43,706 nucleotides of DNA from Pseudomonadota bacterium (GCA_048498255.1 JBEHYI010000001.1:1-43706); one strand, 5' to 3'. Shown: positions 7,148 to 16,591, counted from the stretch's first letter. Numbers and translations are program-made. The notes: a model not told the origin generated them from the sequence alone.

Positions 7148-9514
7148 TTAAGCCTTTTTCGGCTTCGCCGCTTTGCTGATCGGCGTCACCTTGCCGGATT
7201 TTTTCTCCGTTTTTGCGCCTGCAGCGTTGGCTTCCGCCTTCGTTTTCTGCGCAATCGCATCGATACAGCCAATCGCGGCGAGGTTGATAATATCCGCCAG
7301 GCTGGAGTTCATGGTGACGATCTGCACCGGCTTTTCGAGGCCGACCAGCACAGGGCCAACCACGGTGCCGACACCCAACTCCTCCAGCATATTCGCCGAA
7401 ATATGGGCCGAGTGGAGTGCTGGCATGACGAGCACATTCGCCGGGCCGGAGAGGCGGCAGAACGGATACAGCGCCATCAGTTCCGCATTCAGCGCCACAT
7501 CGGCGGACATTTCGCCGTCATACTCGAAATCGATATCCGTGCGGGCGTTGAGGATCTCCACCGCATCGCGAATGCGCTTGGATTTCTCCTTCATCGGGTT
7601 GCCGAAATTGGAGTAGGAGAGCAGCGCCACGCGCGGCTCATGCCCCATTTGCTGCACGATGCGCGCGGTGCGCACAGCAATATCCGCGAGCTCCTTCTCG
7701 TTCGGCAACTCCTGCACGGCGGTATCGGAAATGAACACGGTGCGGTTTTTGCTCACCAGCATTGACATGCCGAACAGGAACTGGCCCGGTTTGGTGTCGA
7801 TCACGCGACAAATATTCTCAAGCGCGCGATAGTAATTGCGGGTGAGGCCCGTCACCACCACATCGCCATGGCCGCAGGCAATCATGCAGCTCGCGAAGAT
7901 GTTACGATCGTTCTTCACCATGCGCTCGACATCGCGCGGCAGGAAGCCTTTGCGCTGCAGCTTGTTGTAGAGATAGTCGATATATTGCGGCAAATGCTTG
8001 GTGACCGCGGCATTCACCACCTCGAGATCGTCCGCGCATTTAATGCCCAGGCGCGAAATGGTTTGGCGAATGCGGTCCGGACGACCGACGAGAATCGGGT
8101 GGCCGTAGCCATTATCGCGCCAATGGATCGCGGCGCGGATGACTTTTTCTTCCTCACCCTCCGCGAAAATCACGCGCTGCGGATTCTGGCGCACGGCGTC
8201 GAAAATATTCGCCATGCTGTTCGCTGCCGGGTCGAGCCGCGCACCGAGCGCACGCTTATAGGCCACGAAATCCGTAATCGGTCGGCGGGCGACGCCCGTA
8301 TCCATCGCCGCTTGCGCAACCGCGAGCGGAATGGTGGTGATGAGGCGCGGGTCAAACGGCGTCGGGATGATATATTCCGGCCCGTATTTCAGCTCGCGGC
8401 CATAGGCGGCCAGCACCTCGTCCGGCACATCCTCGCGCGCCAGTGCGGCGAGCGCTTCGGCGCAGGCAACCTTCATCTCCACGTTGATTTCCTTCGCCCG
8501 CACATCCAACGCGCCGCGGAAGATGTAGGGGAAGCCCATCACGTTGTTCACTTGGTTATGGTAGTCCGAGCGGCCGGTCGCGATGATCGCATCCTTGCGC
8601 ACTTCGAGTACTTCCTCGGGCATGATTTCCGGCACCGGGTTCGCCATCGCGAAAATAATCGGCGCTTTCGCCATCGATTTCACCATGTCTTTCGTCACTG
8701 CACCGGCGGAGGAAAGACCCAGGAACACATCCGCGCCTTCCATCGCTTCCGCTAAAGTGCGGCGCTTGGTGGGCACGGCATGGGCGCTCTTCCACTGGTT
8801 CATGGAGCTATCGTTGCGGCCTTCGTAAATGACGCCGGAACGGTCGCACAGCAGCACGTTTTCGTGGCGCACACCCATATGTTTCAGCAGCTCGATGCAA
8901 GCAATCCCCGCCGAACCCGCACCATTCGCGACGATTTTGAGATCGCGCAACTCGCGCCCCGTGATATGTGCGGCGTTGATAATCCCCGCCGCCGTCACAA
9001 TCGCCGTGCCGTGCTGGTCGTCATGGAACACGGGAATATCGCACAGCTGTTTCAGCTTTTCTTCGATGATGAAGCAATCCGGCGCGCCGATATCCTCGAG
9101 GTTGATGCCGCCAAAGGTCGGCGAAATCGCCCGCACGGTTTCGATGATTTTATCGACATCGTTGCTATCCACTTCGATATCGATCGAGTCAATATCCGCG
9201 AATCGCTTGAAGAGGATCGACTTCCCCTCCATCACCGGCTTCGATGCGAGTGCGCCAAGATTCCCCAAGCCCAACACCGCCGTACCGTTCGAAATCACCG
9301 CAACCAGGTTGCCCTTGCTGGTGTAATCATAGGCCGAGTTTTTATCCTCATGAATCTTGATGCATGGCACCGCCACCCCCGGCGAATAACCAAGCGCGAG
9401 GTCGCGCTGCGTAATCAGCGGCTTCGTCGGTGTGATGGAGATTTTTCCCGGCTGGCCCTGGCTGTGATAGAGCAGGGCTTCTTCGTCGGTAATCTTCATA
9501 TTTTCACTGGCCAT
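7148..9514 (-). CDS. maeB: NADP-dependent malic enzyme (malic enzyme domain plus phosphate-acetyltransferase-like domain) with an extra Lys/Ala-rich C-terminal tail
   Basis: N-terminus EEALLYHSQGQPGKISITPTKP...GYSPGVA...NGTAVLGLGNLGA...KPVMEGK is typical of MaeB. The 788-aa length includes the PTA-like C-terminal half. Confidence 0.93.
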   Translation of the reverse strand: MASENMKITDEEALLYHSQGQPGKISITPTKPLITQRDLALGYSPGVAVPCIKIHEDKNSAYDYTSKGNLVAVISNGTAVLGLGNLGALASKPVMEGKSILFKRFADIDSIDIEVDSNDVDKIIETVRAISPTFGGINLEDIGAPDCFIIEEKLKQLCDIPVFHDDQHGTAIVTAAGIINAAHITGRELRDLKIVANGAGSAGIACIELLKHMGVRHENVLLCDRSGVIYEGRNDSSMNQWKSAHAVPTKRRTLAEAMEGADVFLGLSSAGAVTKDMVKSMAKAPIIFAMANPVPEIMPEEVLEVRKDAIIATGRSDYHNQVNNVMGFPYIFRGALDVRAKEINVEMKVACAEALAALAREDVPDEVLAAYGRELKYGPEYIIPTPFDPRLITTIPLAVAQAAMDTGVARRPITDFVAYKRALGARLDPAANSMANIFDAVRQNPQRVIFAEGEEEKVIRAAIHWRDNGYGHPILVGRPDRIRQTISRLGIKCADDLEVVNAAVTKHLPQYIDYLYNKLQRKGFLPRDVERMVKNDRNIFASCMIACGHGDVVVTGLTRNYYRALENICRVIDTKPGQFLFGMSMLVSKNRTVFISDTAVQELPNEKELADIAVRTARIVQQMGHEPRVALLSYSNFGNPMKEKSKRIRDAVEILNARTDIDFEYDGEMSADVALNAELMALYPFCRLSGPANVLVMPALHSAHISANMLEELGVGTVVGPVLVGLEKPVQIVTMNSSLADIINLAAIGCIDAIAQKTKAEANAAGAKTEKKSGKVTPISKAAKPKKA

Positions 9515-9584
9515 TGGTATTCCTAAATGCGTTGGGTGTTAATTTGAGGTCGTAGCATACGCAGCGCGAATCAAAACGAAAGGC

Positions 9585-9616
9585 AAAAAAATGCGAAAAA
9601 CACGCTGCGTTGCAGC
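9585..9616 (-). terminator. Possible rho-independent terminator of the 2OG-oxygenase gene
   Basis: On the minus strand, hairpin gctgc-aac-gcagc is followed by the T-rich tract gtgtttttcgcattttttt. The stem is short. Confidence 0.4.
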
Positions 9617-9619
9617 ATT

Positions 9620-10639
9620 TTAGCTGGTGAGCAATTCGCCCGTTCCTTTTTCGCGGAACCATTTGGTGATGATGAATTTCTCACCATCCTCCACTGGCAT
9701 GCCGCGATGCATGGTGTTGGGGTTGGGCGTCCCATCCGGCATCAAATTATTCCACGCCAAGGCGCGGCCCTTTTTGGGGTAAAATATGTTGCCGAGTTTC
9801 ACGAATTCTGTGCCGCCGCCTTTGGGCGTATCGTTCAAATAAATCATGCAGGTCCAGGTGCGGTTGCCCAGCGCACTCGCGAATTTGCCATATTCACGGG
9901 TATATTGCTCGAAATAATCGCAATGCTGTTTGAATTCTTGGCCGATTTCGTAGCGCTGCGCCTGGATTCCTTCCGAATAGCTCGGGTTAATTCCAAGCGT
10001 TGCCGCGATTTTCGTGTCGATCTCGCGCACGAACGGATCGTCGAAATACACCAGATCGCAGCTCGAGCTGGTACGGTAATATTTGTCGCCATTATCGAAC
10101 GCAACGGTGGAAGGGCGCAGCTTCGTGACAATCAGCTGCACCAGCTTGTCGCATTCCTCGGCAGTAAAAAAATCGTCAATTTCATAAAGCTGCACCGCGT
10201 CGGTTTCAATACGACGAACATTGCTTTGGGTAGATTTCGTGAGCGCGATATTCGCAAGCGCCGCATACTGCTCCGGCGCCATTTGGTAAAGCGGCGGCAC
10301 CTGCGCCAGCGTATCCTCCACCGAGCCGGGGTAAAAATGGCCCATCGCCGCAACAATCGCAGGCAAAGTAAAGTTATTTTTGATCAAAATATCGCGGATT
10401 TCAATCGGGCTACAGCCTTTTTTCAGCGCATCGGTGGTCCAACCCTCCCATGCTGCATTCATGGGCACGCTACCGTTTTTTATCTCTGGCGTCGGCGCAA
10501 TCAGGCTGCGGTAAAACTCCGCAATCGCAGTTTCCGGAGTTTTTCCCTGGCTCATGAGAATGCGTTCGGCATCCGCTTTCAGCTGCGCGGGCAGGGTGAT
10601 GGTGAGGGTGGCATTGGCGTCTTTGTGGGTTGCGTGCAT
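9620..10639 (-). CDS. Prolyl 4-hydroxylase-like 2OG-Fe(II) oxygenase with an N-terminal ribbon-helix-helix-like (RelB/DinJ-type) segment
   Basis: H-x-D in FKQHCDYF, distal His in NTMHRGMPV, and Lys in KFIITKW, with P4H-like spacing. N-terminal TLTITLPAQLKADAERILMSQGKTPETAIAEFYRSLI fits a strand-helix-helix pattern. Confidence 0.75.
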   Translation of the reverse strand: MHATHKDANATLTITLPAQLKADAERILMSQGKTPETAIAEFYRSLIAPTPEIKNGSVPMNAAWEGWTTDALKKGCSPIEIRDILIKNNFTLPAIVAAMGHFYPGSVEDTLAQVPPLYQMAPEQYAALANIALTKSTQSNVRRIETDAVQLYEIDDFFTAEECDKLVQLIVTKLRPSTVAFDNGDKYYRTSSSCDLVYFDDPFVREIDTKIAATLGINPSYSEGIQAQRYEIGQEFKQHCDYFEQYTREYGKFASALGNRTWTCMIYLNDTPKGGGTEFVKLGNIFYPKKGRALAWNNLMPDGTPNPNTMHRGMPVEDGEKFIITKWFREKGTGELLTS

Positions 10640-10682
10640 GTTTCGCTGGCTAGTAAGGAGTGATTTCGCTAGGGCTTAAATT

Positions 10683-13568
10683 ATGGCGCAAACCGCACAA
10701 ACGGCAAATAAAAACGTGATGGCAGAAGCACCCGCAGCTGATTTCTCAGCCGCTGTGCTCACGCCGTCGATGCGGCAATATTTCGAGGTGAAATCCCGCC
10801 ATCCGGAATGTTTGCTGTTCTACCGCATGGGCGATTTTTACGAGCTGTTCTTCGACGACGCGGTGAAAGCCAGCGCCATCCTCGATATCGCGCTGACCAA
10901 GCGCGGCAAAAACGCGGGCGAGGACATCCCCATGTGCGGCGTGCCGGTGCATGCGGCGGAGGCGTATTTGCCCAAACTCATTGCCAGCGGCCTCAAAATC
11001 GCAATTTGCGAACAGCTCGAAACACCGGAAGAGGCGAAGAAGCGCGGCTATAAAGAGGTGGTCCGCCGCGATGTGGTGCGCATTGTGACACCAGGCACGA
11101 TCACGGAAGAAACCCTGCTTACGCCAGGAAATGCGCAGTATTTGGCTTCGTTGGCGATCCAAAATGACAGCGCAGCCGCAGCCTGGCTCGACCTCACCAC
11201 CGGCGAATTCACCGTCGCGCCGCTCAGCTTCACCCAAATCGCCGCGCAACTTTCGCGCCTGCAGCCGAAGGAATTGCTGCTCACGCAAGCGAGTTACGAC
11301 CAGTTGAAAGACCAGCCCTGGTTCCTCGAATGGCGCGAAAGCGTCACCCTCCGCCCGGATGTGCAATTCACCCCCGCAAGCGGCGAAAGGCGAGTGACCG
11401 CGCATTTCAAGGTCAGCACCAGCGACGGTTTCGGCGAATTTAGCGCGCAGGAATTTGCGGCTTGCGGCGCGCTGATTGATTACGTGCAACTCACCCAACT
11501 CGATGCCTCGGCACGGCTCGACGTGCCCAAACGCGAGCAAGCGGGTGAGTTTTTGCAGATGGATGGGGCAACCCGGCGCAACCTCGAACTCATCACCACG
11601 CTCGCCGGTCAGCGCCGCGGCAGCTTGCTCCATTGCATCGATGAAACGGTGACCGCGAGCGGCAGCCGCACGCTGGCACAGTGGCTGGCCGCGCCCTCGC
11701 GCGATTTTGCCGCCATCACCGCGCGGCAGGATGGCGTGGCTTGGGCGCTAACCAATGACCGTTTGCGTGAAGGACTGCGCGCGAATCTCAAGACAATCGC
11801 GGATATGGAGCGCGCCGTCGGCCGCCTCGCGCTTGGCCGCGGTGGCCCGCGCGATTTGCTGCTGCTTGGCGCGAGTTTAATGCAGGCGAATGCGCTGCAC
11901 GAGCAATTGCGCACGCTCGAGATTCCCACCTTGTTGCGGGATGCGCGGGATGCGCTCGCAGGCCATCACCAACTCGCGGAACATCTCAGTTTTGCCCTCA
12001 AAAAAGAAGTCGGCATCTTCGCACGCGATGGTAATTTCATCGCCGATGGCTTCCGCGCCGATCTCGACGAATACCGCCGTCTGCGCGATGAATCGAAGCG
12101 CGTCATCGCCGCGATGGAAACGAAGTTAAAGGACGATACCGGCATTCCGTCGCTCAAAATCAAGCATAATAATGTGCTCGGCTATTTCATCGAAATCACG
12201 CCGATTCACGAGAAAAAAGTGCCGGTGGAATTCATCCATCGCCAGGGCTTGGCGGGTGCGCTGCGCTACAGCACGCCGGAGCTGGCGGAGACCGCGCGCA
12301 AGATCGACGAGGCGGCGGATAAGGCGCTGAAGCTGGAGCTCATGCTGTTCGATGAGCTGCGCGCGAGCGTGCTCGATCGTGGGAAAGAGATTGTGTCAGC
12401 GGCACGTGCACTCGCGATCATCGATTGCATCACCGCGCTTGCCGAACTTGCCCATGGCGGCCAATGGGTGCGCCCAACCATCACCACCGCGCGTGAATTT
12501 CGTGTCACCGCGGGCCGTCACCCGGTGGTGGAAGCGGCACTCCGGCGCGCGCATGAGGAATTCATCGCGAATGATTGTTTTATGGCGGAAGCCGCGCCAC
12601 GGGCCAACTCCCCCCTTGAGGGGGAGTCAAATCCGCCCTTCGCGGATTTGGTGGGGGGTAATTCTTTCGCGAATAATAAGTCTCAAGTACCCCCCCACCA
12701 AAATGCCCAAGCGCATTTTGGCTCCCCCTCAAGGGGGGAGCTGGCCCCAGCCGCAACGCTTGTGCCTCATTCCGGCGTGCCCGGCATGCTCCACCTCATC
12801 ACCGGCCCCAATATGGGCGGTAAATCGACCTTCCTGCGCCAGCAGGCGGTGCTCACCATCCTTGCGCAAATCGGCAGTTTTGTGCCGGCGAAAGCGGCGA
12901 CCATCGGCCTGGTCGATAAGCTCTTCTGCCGCGTCGGCGCAGCGGATGACCTCGCACGCGGGCAATCCACCTTCATGGTCGAGATGGTCGAAACCGCAAG
13001 CATCCTCCATCAAGCCACCAGCCAATCCTTGGTGGTGCTCGATGAAATCGGCCGCGGCACCGCGACCTATGATGGCGTGTCGATCGCCTGGGCCGTTGCC
13101 GAACATCTGCACAACCACACGCGCTGCCGCGCCTTGTTCGCGACCCATTACCACGAACTCACCGCGCTCGCGCAAACCTTGCCGCGCCTGAAGAACTACC
13201 ACGCCACGGCGAAAGAACATCAAGGCAAGCTCATTTTCCTCCACACCATCCGCGAAGGTTTCGCCGATAAATCTTACGGCATCCATGTCGCCGCGCTGGC
13301 GGGCTTGCCGAAATCCGTCCTCACCCGCGCAAAGGAGCTGCTCTCCACCCTCGAATCCGGCCACAGCTTAACGGAACGGGACCAATCCGCTGAACTGCCA
13401 CTCTTTGCAGCGGTTAAAGTAAATACTCTAAGTGAGCAAACAAGCGACAAATCAAAATATTATAAATTGTTGGCTGAACGGATAGAAAATATAGATGTGG
13501 ATGGAATCACCCCGCGCGAAGCCCTTGATTTGTTGGCCGAACTAAAGCACGCCGCCTCGGCCGAATAA
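10683..13568 (+). CDS. mutS: DNA mismatch repair protein MutS, carrying a roughly 55-aa insertion before the Walker A motif
   Basis: [66 protein letters not shown] and FATHYHEL are all present. The start may be the internal Met at codon 13. Confidence 0.95.
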   Translation: MAQTAQTANKNVMAEAPAADFSAAVLTPSMRQYFEVKSRHPECLLFYRMGDFYELFFDDAVKASAILDIALTKRGKNAGEDIPMCGVPVHAAEAYLPKLIASGLKIAICEQLETPEEAKKRGYKEVVRRDVVRIVTPGTITEETLLTPGNAQYLASLAIQNDSAAAAWLDLTTGEFTVAPLSFTQIAAQLSRLQPKELLLTQASYDQLKDQPWFLEWRESVTLRPDVQFTPASGERRVTAHFKVSTSDGFGEFSAQEFAACGALIDYVQLTQLDASARLDVPKREQAGEFLQMDGATRRNLELITTLAGQRRGSLLHCIDETVTASGSRTLAQWLAAPSRDFAAITARQDGVAWALTNDRLREGLRANLKTIADMERAVGRLALGRGGPRDLLLLGASLMQANALHEQLRTLEIPTLLRDARDALAGHHQLAEHLSFALKKEVGIFARDGNFIADGFRADLDEYRRLRDESKRVIAAMETKLKDDTGIPSLKIKHNNVLGYFIEITPIHEKKVPVEFIHRQGLAGALRYSTPELAETARKIDEAADKALKLELMLFDELRASVLDRGKEIVSAARALAIIDCITALAELAHGGQWVRPTITTAREFRVTAGRHPVVEAALRRAHEEFIANDCFMAEAAPRANSPLEGESNPPFADLVGGNSFANNKSQVPPHQNAQAHFGSPSRGELAPAATLVPHSGVPGMLHLITGPNMGGKSTFLRQQAVLTILAQIGSFVPAKAATIGLVDKLFCRVGAADDLARGQSTFMVEMVETASILHQATSQSLVVLDEIGRGTATYDGVSIAWAVAEHLHNHTRCRALFATHYHELTALAQTLPRLKNYHATAKEHQGKLIFLHTIREGFADKSYGIHVAALAGLPKSVLTRAKELLSTLESGHSLTERDQSAELPLFAAVKVNTLSEQTSDKSKYYKLLAERIENIDVDGITPREALDLLAELKHAASAE
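12608..12740. repeat. 133-bp structured palindromic element (MITE/RPE-like) embedded in frame in mutS
   Basis: The termini ctccccccttgagggggag (12608-12626) and ctccccctcaaggggggag (12722-12740) are exact reverse complements. Internal hairpins are caaatccgc-ccttc-gcggatttg and ccaaaatgc-ccaagc-gcattttgg. The long-range pair is tggtggggggta / tacccccccacca. Confidence 0.8.
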
Positions 13569-13641
13569 GCCAAATATGTCAGTTTGATGAAGATTGTCCG
13601 CGGTCACTGTTTATTAACAATGCCTGTGCTACATTCCGGGC

Positions 13642-13812
13642 ATGAAAATTCTCACCCCCCACGGTCACCAACGCCGCCAAGATTTTCAGCTGGAGCTGCG
13701 CGGCACACATTGCCGGCGTGATTTCGACGTGCATGTGCACGGCCATCAAATAGATATTATCTCTGGCAAAAACCACGACGCGCGCAATAATAACCATAGG
13801 GATTGGTTCTAA
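13642..13812 (+). other. 56-codon ATG-initiated ORF ending in TAA, in the same reading frame as the downstream deaminase-fold gene
   Basis: Codon-by-codon reading: ATG 13642 ... TAA 13810-13812. The frame then stays open from 13813 into the 13960-15132 ORF. Below the 60-aa cutoff of the ORF track. Confidence 0.4.
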
Positions 13813-13959
13813 GCATTAACGCAGAGAGAGCGCGCCGAGCTTTTTGAGCATATCGCCAAAAAAGCGGGTAGTGCCTCGCTGGACAGCGATCAGTTCAAAG
13901 CAGCGTCAATTGGTGTTATTGAAAACCCGTTAGCAGGTGCGCCGCTGGAACGCCGCCAT

Positions 13960-15132
13960 TTGGCATTTATTGGCGTAAACACAGATTTGGGCGCTAAGCT
14001 CTATTTCAAAGATTGCGCCGAACAGAATATGATCAATGCGGCGACGAACTGGGTCGCTCAGCAGCAAACGCATAAAGAAAAAAAAGACCCGAAGCCGATC
14101 CGTTTTAAAATGATCGCGACATATGCAACGCGCGACGCAAATCCACTGATACCGGGCGACAAGGGCGTACATGGCGCAGCACCTTGCGGAAAATGCGTCG
14201 ATGCGCTGGCGAAAGTTGCAGAAGAGGGATGTGAGGTGTTGATTTTTACGCGTCGCCCGCAAGCGATGCGGCTCGAGCTAGCATCGCATCCCACTTTCTC
14301 GCAAGTGAAGGAGGGGAAAACATGGAAAACCACCATGGAGCAGTTGAACAAAAATCGCCGAATTTCGCTACCCGAACCGCAAGCAGCCATGCAGCGTGCT
14401 GCAATGGACGAAGTGATTGCTGAAGCCTGCGGCGTGCATGAAACGCCGCTGACAGAAGAGCAAAAGGCAGTTAAGGCGAGGGCTGTTATACTGGCGGCAA
14501 AAAATGAAGAGGAGGAGCGCGAAAGTGTTGCCTATCTCGATGCTGCCAGTGAAACTCCACATTTCAACTACCACCTAAAATATTACATGCAGCGTCAGCT
14601 GATTCGTACTTTAAGAAATCGTATGGAAGCAGCGGGTGTGCTGGGTGACCTCGATGCCGCGCGCGCCTGGGTAAGCGAATACGCAAAATCGATCCGTTGC
14701 TGTGTCACCCAACTGGATGATGGCACATTCCATAAGAGCATCGAGTCGCAGGTGCAGCGAGTGATTGGCAAAACCAAAGGCGACAATGCCTACCCCAACC
14801 CAGAAGTAGGGGCCCTGGTGCAGGGTATGGGAAAGCTCGGCACGGGGCAGATTACACATTTATGGACACGCGAACTTAACCCGGAAGAATGCGCGGCAGG
14901 CCTTCTTTCTACTTCGCCGAAAGAAGGCCTCGAACGGCTTTTCAAGCGCGGGCCGGACATGAAATGCCATTTTCTGCCGCTTGGTGCAGCAGCGCTTAGC
15001 CCAGACCAAGCAGATAAAATTACAGAAAAACATACCTATAGCCGCGCGCAAGTCTATCCTGGCGCCTTTGGCGGTGCACCGGCCACCATGGTTGCCGTTG
15101 CGCCCCGCGGTGGCAAAGCCGAATTAGGGTAA
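13960..15132 (+). CDS. Cytidine/deoxycytidylate-deaminase-fold protein (CAE ... PCxxC zinc motif) with a second, degenerate deaminase-like half. True start unresolved and possibly interrupted
   Basis: DCAEQNMINAAT followed 53 residues later by APCGKCVDALAKV. The C-terminal half has NPEVGAL ... SPKEGLERL in the equivalent positions. The track start is a TTG. The frame is open from 13813 and that upstream part (ELFEHIAKKAGSA...FKAASIGVI) looks like the N-terminal helix and strand of the fold. Confidence 0.6.
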   Translation: MAFIGVNTDLGAKLYFKDCAEQNMINAATNWVAQQQTHKEKKDPKPIRFKMIATYATRDANPLIPGDKGVHGAAPCGKCVDALAKVAEEGCEVLIFTRRPQAMRLELASHPTFSQVKEGKTWKTTMEQLNKNRRISLPEPQAAMQRAAMDEVIAEACGVHETPLTEEQKAVKARAVILAAKNEEEERESVAYLDAASETPHFNYHLKYYMQRQLIRTLRNRMEAAGVLGDLDAARAWVSEYAKSIRCCVTQLDDGTFHKSIESQVQRVIGKTKGDNAYPNPEVGALVQGMGKLGTGQITHLWTRELNPEECAAGLLSTSPKEGLERLFKRGPDMKCHFLPLGAAALSPDQADKITEKHTYSRAQVYPGAFGGAPATMVAVAPRGGKAELG

Positions 15133-15236
15133 ATTTCCCCTTTATTTCCTGAAATTCATCGCTATAGTGCGCGGCCAATGCTTAGGGGTGCGCCATGCAG
15201 CCCAAAGGCGTAACCGATTCATTGAAGGATATTGTC

Positions 15237-15422
15237 ATGGCTGTTCCTAAGCGGAAAACCTCCCCCTCGCGCCGCGGTATGCGTCAATCGCACCTGTCGC
15301 TGAAAACCAACGCCGCCATCGTGGAAGACCAAACCACCGGCGAACTCAAGCGCTCGCACCATGTCTCGGCCGATGGCATGTATAAAGGCCGCAAGGTGAC
15401 CACCGCGAAGGTGAAGCGCTAG
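15237..15422 (+). CDS. rpmF: 50S ribosomal protein L32
   Basis: [27 protein letters not shown] 8 nt upstream of ATG 15237. The track ORF starts further upstream at 15195. Confidence 0.93.
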   Translation: MAVPKRKTSPSRRGMRQSHLSLKTNAAIVEDQTTGELKRSHHVSADGMYKGRKVTTAKVKR

Positions 15423-15423
15423 T

Positions 15424-15529
15424 AGCTGTTAGCGGTTAGCAGTTAGGTTTTAGCTTCTGTTGAGTTTGGGGCGCCGACCTGCTAAAACGCACGGTAGAGC
15501 TAAAACCTAACTGCTAACGGCTAAATGCT
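15424..15529. repeat. Long imperfect inverted repeat (31-nt arms, 44-nt spacer) filling the rpmF-plsX gap
   Basis: Left arm agctgttagcggttagcagttaggttttagc (15424-15454). Right arm gctaaaacctaactgctaacggctaaatgct (15499-15529). There are 3 mismatches in 31, and the core 23 nt has a single mismatch. The right arm ends 1 nt before the plsX ATG. Confidence 0.8.
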
Positions 15530-16588
15530 ATGGCTTTATCCCTACCAATCGCAATCGATGCCATGGGCGGCGACAAAGCGCCCGAGGCGGTGATCCAGGG
15601 CGCGCGCCGCGTGCTGAAGGAATTCCCCGCTACCCGTTTCATTTTTTATGGCCGCGCACCGGTCATTGCGCCGCTCATTGCGCGCAACCGCGTGCTGGCC
15701 CGCGCTTCCGAAGTAGTGCATGCCGCGACCGTGATTGCGATGGATGAGAAGCCCTCCGTTGCGCTGCGCCAGGGGCGTGATTCCAGCATGCGCGCGGCGA
15801 TCGATGCGGTAGCGAAAGGCAAAGCTTGCGCCATGGTTTCCGCCGGTAACACCGGCGCGCTGATGGCGACTGCGAAGATTGTTCTCAAAACCCTCCCCGG
15901 TATTTACCGCCCGGCGATTACGGCCACTGTGCCCTCGCGCCATCGCCCGGTGGTGCTGCTCGATATGGGCGCGAATTTGGAATGCACGCCGGAATATCTC
16001 GTGCAATTCGCGGTGATGGGCGACGCTTATGCCCGCGCGGTGCTCGGTATGGCGGCACCGAAAATCGGTTTGCTGAATGTCGGCTCAGAAGAAATGAAAG
16101 GCCATGACGAGGTGAAAGAAGCGCACCGCATGCTGCGCTCGGGCGCTTACCCGATCGAGTATCACGGCTTTGTCGAAGGCAACGATATTCTCGAAGGCAC
16201 GACGGATGTGGTGGTGACGGACGGCTTCACCGGCAACATCGCGCTCAAAACTGCGGAAGGGGCGAGCCGTCTGATTTACGGTGCGCTGAAGAGCGCGTTC
16301 GAGCGCTCGACGATGGCGAAATTAGGCTATCTGCTGGCGCGCCCGGCGCTGCGTTTGGCGCTGAAACAATTCGATCCACGCAAGCTCAATGGCGCAATTT
16401 TGCTTGGCCTTAACGGCATCGCGGTGAAAAGCCATGGCGGGGCGGATGCAAAAAGTTTCGCCAACGCCATCAAGGTCGCCATCGCGATGGCGGAAAATAA
16501 TGTGAATGAAAAAATTATTGCCGAGCTTGCGCGCGTGAAACCTGTTACTGGCAACGCAACTGTTGTTCCATTCACCGCGGAAACCTAA
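15530..16588 (+). CDS. plsX: Phosphate acyltransferase PlsX
   Basis: IAIDAMGGDKAPEAV, SAGNTGALMA and GFTGNIALKT motifs. Conserved position between rpmF and fabH. Confidence 0.95.
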   Translation: MALSLPIAIDAMGGDKAPEAVIQGARRVLKEFPATRFIFYGRAPVIAPLIARNRVLARASEVVHAATVIAMDEKPSVALRQGRDSSMRAAIDAVAKGKACAMVSAGNTGALMATAKIVLKTLPGIYRPAITATVPSRHRPVVLLDMGANLECTPEYLVQFAVMGDAYARAVLGMAAPKIGLLNVGSEEMKGHDEVKEAHRMLRSGAYPIEYHGFVEGNDILEGTTDVVVTDGFTGNIALKTAEGASRLIYGALKSAFERSTMAKLGYLLARPALRLALKQFDPRKLNGAILLGLNGIAVKSHGGADAKSFANAIKVAIAMAENNVNEKIIAELARVKPVTGNATVVPFTAET

Positions 16589-16591
16589 GGC

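Noticed and set aside
10746-11633. 295-aa minus-strand ORF inside mutS. Similar long shadow ORFs are 7868-8755(+) in maeB, 9707-10663(+) in the oxygenase gene, 16322-17242(-) in plsX/fabH, 23718-24569(-) in the kinase, 29922-31007(+) in amtB and 42424-43062(-) in pdxJ/acpS
   Set aside because: All lie opposite genes with strong family signatures and have the compositional look of antisense frames of high-GC3 genes.
13579-13797. 72-aa minus-strand ORF downstream of mutS
   Set aside because: It overlaps the plus-strand 56-codon ORF that is in frame with the deaminase-fold gene. Neither is recognisable, and I kept only the plus-strand one as a flagged segment because of the frame continuity.
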